Shown here one piece after another: positions 53,711-64,000 of a stretch of 64,000 nt of DNA (positions are counted from its first letter, which is position 1; each line of letters starts with the position of its first letter). The stretch covers positions 21,514,001 through 21,578,000 of the forward strand of contig OZ024742.1 of assembly GCA_964016885.1 (NCBI GenBank). Direction: 5' to 3'. Source of the stretch: Eledone cirrhosa. Lineage: Eukaryota. The translations under genes and the position numbers were made by a program. The notes under the pieces were generated by a model. The model was not told where the DNA came from, did not search any database, and saw only the letters and a list, made by a program, of their open reading frames with translations.

Positions 53711-54317
53711 GGTGGCTGCCAACTCGTTTTCGAGTACGGCCACTACTTTATATCCATGTAGGAGAACCCCTACGGATGCGCTGAACGAGTGTGACTTTTT
53801 AGTCCAGCCAGCGATTTGAAAACTCTGGTACAAACACTACACTTTTGACAATTATTGACACATAGTGCTGGGCCCATGGTACCATCTGACGACAAGTGTA
53901 GAGAGATCTCCAGATATAAAGCAATGCCTGTGCCGTGAAGCTTTTATAGTGAGCAAAGGCACTGCACAAAGCCAGTCCCACTCTCTTAAACAAGATGATA
54001 TGTACCAAAAAGAAGAACAAGTCAACATCATTGGATACCATCAGGGTTGCAGGTGTTATATCAGAGTTTTCCTTCTCCTAGAATTCTGCCTTGACAAAGG
54101 CTAAGGGGTCATCTCTCCCGGTGATTTTGGATGGCCATTGACTCTTAAGAGCTCCTTTGCCCTTTAACAGGTTTTGTTTTTAGTCCTGCAGGATGTCCAA
54201 AGTCACCCTCCACACTAAGAAACCTTGGTGGGGTTGCCAGTTTAGTCGCCAACGACCCGACCATGAGACAGGTTGTACTGGGATACATGTTACCAGTAGC
54301 ACCAACTGGTGACCTGA
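53711..54317 (-). mobile_element. ~600-bp non-autonomous element, tandem copy 1, with (ATGT)n tail
   Basis: Bounded by (TACA)n; same family as 39011-39550. Confidence 0.85.
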
Positions 54318-54388
54318 CATACATACAAACATACATACATACATACATACATACATACATACATACATACATACATACATACATACAT

Positions 54389-54978
54389 GGTGGCTGCAAA
54401 CTCGTTTTCGAGTACGGCCACTACTTTATATCCATGTAGGAGGACCTCTACCGATGCGCTGAACGAGTGTGACTTTTTAGTCCAGCCAACGACTTGAACA
54501 TTCTGGTAAAACACTACACTTACGACAATTATTGACACATAGTGCTGGGTCCATGGTGCCCATGTGACGGCAAGTGCAGAGAGATCTCCAGATATAAAGC
54601 AATGCCTGTGCCGTGAAGCTTTCATAGTGAGCAAAGGCACTGCACAAAGCCAGTCCCACTGTCTTAACCAAGATGATATTTACCAAAAAGAAGAACGAGT
54701 CAACATCATCGGATACCATCAGGGTTGCAGGTGTTATATCAGAGTTTTCCTTCTCCTAGAATTCTGCCTTGACAAAGGCTAAGGTCTCTCCCGGTGATTT
54801 TGGATGGCCATTGACTCTTAAGAGCTCCTTTGCCCTTTGACAGGTTTTGTTTTTAGTCCTGCAGGATGTCCAAAGTCACCCTCCTCACCAAGAAACCTTG
54901 GTGGGGTTCCCAATTTAGTCACCAACGACCTGATCATGAAACAGGTTGTACTGGGATACATGTTACCAGTAGCACCAA
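54389..54978 (-). mobile_element. ~600-bp non-autonomous element, tandem copy 2
   Basis: Bounded by (TACA)n on both sides. Confidence 0.85.
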
Positions 54979-55138
54979 CACATACATACATACATACATA
55001 CATACATACATACATACATACATACATACATACATACATGTATGTATGTATGTAAAAGGTAAACAGAAATAACAACACAATCCGTACAGTATACGGAAGG
55101 GATATATTAGGCTAACGCTTGATATAGCAGGAAAGGGT

Positions 55139-55172
55139 CCTAACGTTTCGGACGCTAGTCCTTCATCAGAAG
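55139..55172 (-). ncRNA. Minimal hammerhead ribozyme
   Basis: Minus strand CTT-CTGATGA-AGGAC TAGC GTCC-GAAAC GTT-AGG. Confidence 0.7.
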
Positions 55173-55479
55173 AAAGAATGAGAAATAAGATAGATTGAGG
55201 GGACGGGTGGGTTGTAATTGGAAAAAATATATATATATAGATTCATCCATAAAAATCACTTTAATATTTAAAGTAGACGAAACCAAAATAGCGACGAGGA
55301 ATGATCCACGGGTATTTCTGTAAATTATATTCATATATATAAAAGTGTACACTTGTGTTGATATATATATATATATATATATATATGAGGGAATTAATGA
55401 CAACATTAAAAATGCCACTTTAGCATTTTGAAAACTAAAGAAACGGATATGGTTTACTCGGGGCCTTCATTACAGATCA

Positions 55480-55620
55480 TGCGCGTTAAGTGTATTATTT
55501 TATGGATCTGAAGTGTGGACAACCTACAGGCGTCATATAAAATGGCTTAAAAGGTTTCATCAAAACAGTCAGAGTTTAGAAATTAAGGGGACATCATTGA
55601 CACCAGATATTATAAAAGCC
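55480..55620 (+). mobile_element. RTE-like LINE relic
   Basis: LFYGSEVWTTYRRHIKWLKRFHQ. Confidence 0.6.
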
Positions 55621-56029
55621 ATTTGCCACTATTGTTTTAGGATATGGAATTTCCACACACGGGTTTAGGTACTGTTCTCTCAGTAGTGGACAGGAGGTCT
55701 TCATAACACATCTCATCGAATTGCCGTAGTGACCTCAAGTTTAGTGAATAGTTTCTAAGAGTATTATAGTGGCTAGCATCTAATAAATATTTTCATACCT
55801 CATTTAAGTATTACAATGTTTTGAGGTAACTTTGCTCTCTCAATAGTCACCGGAAACTCTTCATTACTAGCTTTATTTACAATGTTACTAAACAACTGTC
55901 GTAGTTGGCTCAGTTTTAGTGAATAGTCAGAGGGTTTTATAGAGCCTAGCACCTAACAGATTTTTATGGAGGGAGGTTATAATTACAGTAATTTTATTTC
56001 GATAAGTGTATTTTTATACCGAGGGGGAG

Positions 56030-56215
56030 TTTTGCTGTGCGGCATTTAGAAACGACTTTCTAAGTTCCGGGTTCAAATCCTACCGAGGTTAGCTTTGCAT
56101 TTCATCCTTACAGGCTCGATAAAATAAAGTACCAGTAACGAACTGGGGTCGATTTAGTTGACAATCCCTTTCTCTCAAATTGCCGACCTTGTGCCTAATT
56201 TAGAAAACCTTATTA
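56030..56215 (+). mobile_element. SINE copy
   Basis: B box, core, 3' motif. Confidence 0.8.
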
Positions 56216-56272
56216 GAATGCAGGTTGATTGTTGCTATCGACACAATACCAGCCAACATTATTAAGGAATTG

Positions 56273-56463
56273 GCGGTGGATTGGCAGTATCGGTAGAGGG
56301 TCAACTCCATGCTTTGCCGCATAGAGTTACGGCCCTTGCCATTCTGAGTTCAAAGCCCGCCGAGGTTAACTTTGCCTTTCATCCTTACGGGGTCGATAAA
56401 ATAAAGTACCAGTAATTCACTGGGTAATTGCTGGCCTTGTGCCAAAATGTAGAAACAATTATT
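56273..56463 (+). mobile_element. SINE copy with TSD
   Basis: Full consensus; ATTATTAAGGAATT duplicated on both flanks. Confidence 0.9.
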
Positions 56464-56569
56464 AAGGAATTGATAAAATAAGATACAGGTAACGCGATTT
56501 AATCGACATTCCCCTCCCCAAAATTGTTGGTCTTGTGCCAGAATCACAAAACATTATTCTTAGCTGTTA

Positions 56570-56722
56570 GAGCGGTGGTTAGATAGTATTGGTAGAGCGT
56601 CGGACAACATGATTTGTCGCATATAGTTACATCCCTTTACGTTCAGAGTTCAAATCCCACAGAATTTAGCTTTGCCTTTCATCCTTACATCGACATCCAA
56701 CCTCCAGAATTGTTGGCCTTGA
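56570..56722 (+). mobile_element. Partially deleted SINE copy
   Basis: A and B boxes plus start of core. Confidence 0.7.
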
Positions 56723-57256
56723 GCGGTATGACTGACAAATGAACCACTTAACTGTTCTGCTATTCGAGGATCCTGTATCTGCGGTGCATCCTTATTTTAT
56801 CATCGTATGTATATCACTGTACGTTTATCTCTAAACTGATCTGTCAGTTGTAATATATCTTTGTGTACTCTTCAATTATATGATGAATAAAAGACAAAGT
56901 TTTCTCACACAATTGAATTATTTTTGTTTCATAATAAAACTTATTCTTTGTCATCATTTTTTTATTCATTTTGTTGGTGAAGTAAATTGTTTTTTCAGAC
57001 ACATTATTAATTTTATTAATTGATTTGTCACATCGGAGGCGAAAATAGGAAGTATATCTGTGTATCCTTATTATCTGTGATACGTTGGGGAAATTAATTG
57101 TTGCAGCCAAACTACGTTTTCTTCAACACAATAAGACTGATATTTTTTGTTCATACATAATTATATATTCATACAGATATAAATGATATCTGCATATAAA
57201 AACGAATACATACATACAAACATATATTCATACAAATTTTATATATACAGACATCA

Positions 57257-57337
<81 letters not shown>

Positions 57338-57689
57338 CTATTTGGTGAGAGGCCTACATACTTAATTACTGTTCCATTTCAGCTGAACTCGTTCAGAAAC
57401 CTTCCACATTTAACTCTGTGTACCAGCTAAACAAATATGTTCTTTTAAAAAGATTAATTACGAGAAAAGGAAAAGCTGATTAAATGCCTATACAAAACAT
57501 TTCATTAGGTTTCAGTCAAAAATGCTAACACCTGAATTTTGGAAACACAAGTTATAATTGGAGTAGGTAATAGGAGCGTTGAGTTCTTTTATTGTATGAA
57601 CGCGACGGCTTCTTACCCCACGGTGGGGTGTTGCTCTTATTCTTCATACATTGTATTGCACAGTTCACCCAATGCTAAGCAAGAAACAT

Positions 57690-58585
57690 CTGGAGGAACA
57701 ATTTGATCCTTATCTTACATACAGCGACTTCCAAAAGGTTTTAGCCGTTTACTATGAGAGTCTTTGATAGATTAGGAAGGGTTACCACATCGTCAGCAAC
57801 CACATCCAAAGGATCCGAGCACGAAGTGAAAGATCAAACATTGACTCTCTCCTAAACAACAGCGTAGAACGGAGAATTAGTCAAGGTAACAGCGAGTGTG
57901 TTTTCAACATCCTCGTGGAGAACATCATGCTAGAGACACTCCAAGACTTCCACATCTCATTGGCGGACAGCCCATTTCCAGCCTGAGCTTTACTGATGAC
58001 ATTCAATTGTTAGGAAGAAGCAGTAAGGCAACCAACATCATGATGCGGAGAGGGAGATCTCGAAAACTGGACACATCATGAAACTAGGACCCATTCTGAC
58101 CAAGAACGGTTGGACTCAAATGATGAAAATCACAATACAAGGCCGGGCTCTTCTAACATCATGAAGCTGATCATTATATGGAATAGAAAAGCTGTTAGAT
58201 GTCCAACGTTACCCAAATTTTACACGGGTTTGGTGTATTTTATCCGTCTGTATGACTACGAGAGGTGGATTCTTACAGCTGATATGTAACGAAGAATCCC
58301 GATATTCCAGCTCAAGTGCCTCAGAAGACTGGTACACATCCCGAGTACAGAACAAAACACACACGGCTTTGTCAGGAAACAAATCAGCAAATACTTTGGC
58401 AGACATGAACCGCTGCTTGCGATTTTGAAAAGAGGTAAGTCTGCCTGGTACGGTCACAATAGTGTGAATCTTCTGCGCATGACAGAGAATAGAGACCCCA
58501 TAAAGACCCCATAAAGACTGAATACGAAAGCGTTTAGAATGGCACTGCAACGACTGGCAGCACTAGATGCCGGAGCTTCATGATA
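57690..58585 (+). mobile_element. Decayed RTE-like RT relic
   Basis: DFQKV, FNILVENIM, LSFTDDIQL, and a WYGH-like motif. Confidence 0.6.
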
Positions 58586-58586
58586 G

Positions 58587-58648
<62 letters not shown>

Positions 58649-58651
<3 letters not shown>

Positions 58652-61430
58652 AATATAGACATAGAATATTCGAAAATATTCTGTATGTTTATAATAAACA
58701 TTTTGAAGACCTAATCGCTATAGAATAGAATACGTCACGTATTACAATTAGATTCTCGATAAAAGCAAGGGAAGTAATCTACGCGTTTCATTCTTGTTAG
58801 AAATCATCAGGACTACATATCCAGTGCTTTTATCGAGAATGACACAGCTAGAGACTTATAGAATACTTAGCTGTGTACAGGAACTGGTTTGAAAGAGCGG
58901 TTGCCGGTCCGGCAGAAATTAGAAATTGGAATAAATGCTCTGAAATAGCGATATATATGTGAATATAGACATAGAATATTCGAAAATATTCTGTATGTTC
59001 CTGTACACAGCTAAGTATTCTATAAGTCTCTAGCTGTGTCATTCTCGATAAAAGCACTGGATATGTAGTCCTGATGATTTCTAACAAGAATGAAACGCGT
59101 AGATTACTTCCCTTGCTTTTATCGAGAATCTAATTGTAATACGTGACGTATTCTATTCTATAGCGATTAGGTCTTCAAAATGTTTATTATAAACATACAG
59201 AATATTTTCGAATATTCTATGTCTATATTCACATATATATCGCTATTTCAGAGCATTTATTCCAATTTCTAATTTCTGCCGGACCGGCAACCGCTCTTTC
59301 AAACCAGTTCCTGTACACAGCTAAGTATTCTATAAGTCTCTAGCTGTGTCATTCTCGATAAAAGCACTGGATATGTAGTCCTGATGATTTCTAACAAGAA
59401 TGAAACGCGTAGATTACTTCCCTTGCTTTTATCGAGAATCTAATTGTAATACGTGACGTATTCTATTCTATAGCGATTAGGTCTTCAAAATGTTTATTAT
59501 AAACATACAGAATATTTTCGAATATTCTATGTCTATATTCACATATATATCGCTATTTCAGAGCATTTATTCCAATTTCTAATTTCTGCCGGACCGGCAA
59601 CCGCTCTTTCAAACCAGTTCCTGTACACAGCTAAGTATTCTATAAGTCTCTAGCTGTGTCATTCTCGATAAAAGCACTGGATATGTAGTCCTGATGATTT
59701 CTAACAAGAATGAAACGCGTAGATTACTTCCCTTGCTTTTATCGAGAATCTAATTGTAATACGTGACGTATTCTATTCTATAGCGATTAGGTCTTCAAAA
59801 TGTTTATTATAAACATACAGAATATTTTCGAATATTCTATGTCTATATTCACATATATATCGCTATTTCAGAGCATTTATTCCAATTTCTAATTTCTGCC
59901 GGACCGGCAACCGCTCTTTCAAACCAGTTCCTGTACACAGCTAAGTATTCTATAAGTCTCTAGCTGTGTCATTCTCGATAAAAGCACTGGATATGTAGTC
60001 CTGATGATTTCTAACAAGAATGAAACGCGTAGATTACTTCCCTTGCTTTTATCGAGAATCTAATTGTAATACGTGACGTATTCTATTCTATAGCGATTAG
60101 GTCTTCAAAATGTTTATTATAAACATACAGAATATTTTCGAATATTCTATGTCTATATTCACATATATATCGCTATTTCAGAGCATTTATTCCAATTTCT
60201 AATTTCTGCCGGACCGGCAACCGCTCTTTCAAACCAGTTCCTGTACACAGCTAAGTATTCTATAAGTCTCTAGCTGTGTCATTCTCGATAAAAGCACTGG
60301 ATATGTAGTCCTGATGATTTTTAACAAGAATGAAACGCGTAGATTACTTCCCTTGCTTTTATCGAGAATCTAATTGTAATACGTGACGTATTCTATTCTA
60401 TAGCGATTAGGTCTTCAAAATGTTTATTATAAACATACAGAATATTTTCGAATATTCTATGTCTATATTCACATATATATCGCTATTTCAGAGCATTTAT
60501 TCCAATTTCTAATTTCTGCCGGACCGGCAACCGCTCTTTCAAACCAGTTCCTGTACACAGCTAAGTATTCTATAAGTCTCTAGCTGTGTCATTCTCGATA
60601 AAAGCACTGGATATGTAGTCCTGATGATTTCTAACAAGAATGAAACGCGTAGATTACTTCCCTTGCTTTTATCGAGAATCTAATTGTAATACGTGACGTA
60701 TTCTATTCTATAGCGATTAGGTCTTCAAAATGTTTATTATAAACATACAGAATATTTTCGAATATTCTATGTCTATATTCACATATATATCGCTATTTCA
60801 GAGCATTTATTCCAATTTCTAATTTCTGCCGGACCGGCAACCGCTCTTTCAAACCAGTTCCTGTACACAGCTAAGTATTCTATAAGTCTCTAGCTGTGTC
60901 ATTCTCGATAAAAGCACTGGATATGTAGTCCTGATGATTTCTAACAAGAATGAAACGCGTAGATTACTTCCCTTGCTTTTATCGAGAATCTAATTGTAAT
61001 ACGTGACGTATTCTATTCTATAGCGATTAGGTCTTCAAAATGTTTATTATAAACATACAGAATATTTTCGAATATTCTATGTCTATATTCACATATATAT
61101 CGCTATTTCAGAGCATTTATTCCAATTTCTAATTTCTGCCGGACCGGCAACCGCTCTTTCAAACCAGTTCCTGTACACAGCTAAGTATTCTATAAGTCTC
61201 TAGCTGTGTCATTCTCGATAAAAGCACTGGATATGTAGTCCTGATGATTTCTAACAAGAATGAAACGCGTAGATTACTTCCCTTGCTTTTATCGAGAATC
61301 TAATTGTAATACGTGACGTATTCTATTCTATAGCGATTAGGTCTTCAAAATGTTTATTATAAACATACAGAATATTTTCGAATATTCTATGTCTATATTC
61401 ACATATATATCGCTATTTCAGAGCATTTAT

Positions 61431-61436
<6 letters not shown>
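58649..61436. repeat. 310-bp hammerhead-bearing repeat, array 2 (about 1.1 units, then about 7.9 inverted units), within (TA)n
   Basis: Period 310; inversion near 58997; units nearly identical (one substitution seen at 60321). Confidence 0.96.
59065..59107 (+). ncRNA. Minimal type I hammerhead ribozyme (array 2 variant; repeats every 310 bp to 61235, eight plus-strand copies)
   Basis: GTAGTC-CTGATGA-TTTCT AACA AGAAT-GAAAC GC GTA-GATTAC. Confidence 0.9.
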
Positions 61437-61485
<49 letters not shown>

Positions 61486-61489
<4 letters not shown>

Positions 61490-62020
61490 AAAGAATAGAG
61501 GTGTAACACACAAGTTATTATATATTGGTAAACGGAATAGAAAATGCTGACAAATTGTTCACAGTTGAAAAATGGTTTAATTAGGAATAAAAGAGTATTA
61601 GTGATTGTATGGGTTAGTATTCAGTTGTGGTTTTAAGTTTTTAAGTTTTTACCGGTTGCGCATTTCTAAATGCTTTTCAAAAATAATTTTGAGATAGAGT
61701 GTCCGTGCTGTTTGCTCTGATCTGAGGTGAAGTCGAGGTAAGTGTGGGAGTCGGTGGGTTTGAAGAAGGCGGAGGTGACGAGGGAGTGGTGGGAGGGGCA
61801 CGGACACTCTATCTCAAAATTATTTTTGAAAAGCATTTAGAAATGCGCAACCGGTAAAAACTTAAAAACTTAAAACCACAACTGAATACTAACCCATACA
61901 ATCACTAATACTCTTTTATTCCTAATTAAACCATTTTTCAATTGTGAACAATTTGTCAGCATTTTCTATTCCGTTTACCAATATATAATAACTTGTGTGT
62001 TACACCTCTATTCTTTTAAC
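61486..62020. mobile_element. Foldback element: ~223-bp inverted arms around an 89-bp spacer, within (TA)n
   Basis: 61486-61708 vs 61798-62020, one mismatch seen. Confidence 0.9.
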
Positions 62021-62069
<49 letters not shown>

Positions 62070-62468
62070 GGGAGGGTCATATTTGTGTAATAATATTACA
62101 CAAATATGACCCTCCCCAAGTATAACAACATTTATTTCAACACACGATTTCATATCAAAAACCTCGCAAGACTAATTCATCGCCGTTATATATATATATA
62201 TATATATATGGGAGGGTCATATTTGTGTAATAATATTACACAAATATGACCCTCCCCAAGTATAACAACATTTATTTCAACACACGATTTCATATCAAAA
62301 ACCTCGCAAGACTAATTCATCGCCGTTATATATATATATATATATATATGGGAGGGTCATATTTGTGTAATAATATTACACAAATATGACCCTCCCCAAG
62401 TATAACAACATTTATTTCAACACACGATTTCATATCAAAAACCTCGCAAGACTAATTCATCGCCGTTA
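62070..62468 (+). repeat. Three 140-bp tandem units, each starting with a near-perfect palindrome and separated by (TA)n
   Basis: GGGAGGGTCATATTTGTGTAATA-A-TATTACACAAATATGACCCTCCC at 62070, 62210, 62350. Confidence 0.92.
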
Positions 62469-62642
62469 TATATATATATATATATACAAATCGAAGGTAT
62501 CACAACATGCGTAATATGTGTCATGCTTGTTTATCTCAAACGATATATAGTTCTTTCCCTCTCTCTCGCTATGAATATATCTTATAATTTGAATTATATA
62601 TAAATAAAAGAAAATATAATATATAGATGTATGTATATATAT

Positions 62643-63734
62643 ACGCCCGAACTGTACGGTCGTTACATTGACGACTGTATCGGAGCCACGACCCTCACCC
62701 GAGTACAGCTCGACTCCTTTCTCCCCTTCTTCTGCTCCTTCCACCCCTCCCTCCACTTCACCACCTCTATCTCCACCACCCACGTCCACGTCTTGGACAT
62801 CTCCGTCGCCTTCGACCCCTCCCACCACTCCCTCGTCACCTCCGCCTTCTTCAAACCCACCGACTCCCACACTTACCTCGACTTCACCTCTTCCCACCCC
62901 ACCCACACTAAACTCTCCATTCCCTACTCCCAACATCTCAGGATCCGCCGCCTCTGTAGCCGAGATGCTGACTTCGAGTCCCAGGCCCTTTCCCTAGTCA
63001 GCCATTTCATCCGCAGAGGTTACACCCCTCTCTCGTCCACACCGCTCTCACCCGCGCCCGTGCTATCCCCCGCTCCACCACCCTCACCCCACGCCACCGC
63101 ACACCCACCCACCGTCTCCCCTTCCCCATCACCTACCACCCCGGCACCTTACCCCTTTACCGCACCATCCGCCGCCTCTTCCGACACCTCCAGTCCGACC
63201 CCTCCACCTCCCACATCCTCCCAATCCCACCACTCCCCTCCTTCAAACGCGCACGCAATCTCCGCACCCTCCTCGTCCACAGCTCCCTACCCCCAACCCA
63301 CGCTCCGTTCCCCCCCCGGTTCCTTCCCCTGTTCCAGGCCCCGCTGCAACACCTGTCCCCACATCACCAACACCACCACCTTCCAGGGTCCCAACGGCCA
63401 CCCTCTCTCGGTCCGGCATGCCTTCCGCTGCACCTCCTCCAACCCAGTCTACGGACTTCGTTGCACGAGGTGCAGCGCGACTTATGTCGGACAGACGGGA
63501 CGCCGCCTGGCGGACCGAGTCACGGAGCACCTCCGGGACATTCGTCTCGGGGGCAGTTCCCCCATTGCCCGCCACTTTGGTGGCCCTGGACACTCCGCAC
63601 GACATCTCACAGTCTGTGGCCTACTCCAGTGCCACGGAACACCCGCCCATCGCCTTACGATCGAACAACGTACTATCTTCATCTTACAGACCCACACTCC
63701 CCCCGGCCTGAACTCCCCACCCTTATTCCTTTAG
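62643..63734 (+). mobile_element. 5'-truncated Penelope-like element (Neptune-like): RT C-terminus, Cys-rich linker, GIY-YIG; internal frameshifts
   Basis: YGRYIDDCIG, FKPTDSHTYLDFTSSHP...SIPYSQHLRIRRLCS, CSRPRCNTC, CTSSNPVYGLRCTRC..TYVGQTGRRLADRVTEH, PGLN. The element probably continues to the window end. Confidence 0.9.
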
Positions 63735-64000
63735 CGTTCGACCGCCCCCCTCACCCCACTTATCCCCCACTAACACCACTAACACACCCCTCCTTTTCAC
63801 CGCCCACACTAACAATACTAACACCTCCACTCCACCCCTCATCTGACCACCCTTCCCCAACTAACATACTAACATCCCTTCCCTCCCCTCTTCTCCTCCT
63901 CCCCCTCCTTATCACACGCACACACGCACCCACTTACACCACCCACCCCACACGCAACTAACATCACTAACACCCTCCAACCCCACGCACACGTACCCAC

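Noticed and set aside
58649-61436. CRISPR array or plain satellite interpretation
   Set aside because: No variable spacers and a eukaryotic context; the ribozyme core, fixed termini and inversion argue against simple satellite DNA.

Overview
AT-rich, microsatellite-dense animal DNA made almost entirely of transposable elements. The tRNA/Nin-core SINE and the repeat landscape suggest an octopod cephalopod (inference). No host gene is confidently recognisable. Main contents: (1) five copies of a Tx1-like (L1-clade) non-LTR retrotransposon, three of them stacked head-to-tail through (ATT)n tails (17.3-32.2 kb). Two copies have uninterrupted 1139-aa APE-RT ORF2s but very different ORF1s. (2) Two (TA)n-embedded, internally inverted arrays of a structured 310-bp unit carrying a minimal type I hammerhead ribozyme (retrozyme-like), plus several other hammerhead motifs and Penelope-like (PLE) GIY-YIG/RT fragments. 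(3) Many tRNA-derived SINEs, R4/Dong-like, RTE-like and CR1-like LINE relics, MITEs and a Helitron-like element. The most notable signals are: a predicted 52-59 nt GT-AG intron spanning the ORF1 stop and ORF2 start that would fuse the two ORFs in frame in all three Tx1 copies retaining the junction; ORF1/5'UTR exchange at that same point; a 3' motif shared by the Tx1 element and the SINE; and the hammerhead arrays with structure-preserving changes, next to a foldback that has captured 75 bp of the neighbouring PLE. All calls were read by eye; no alignments or searches were run.
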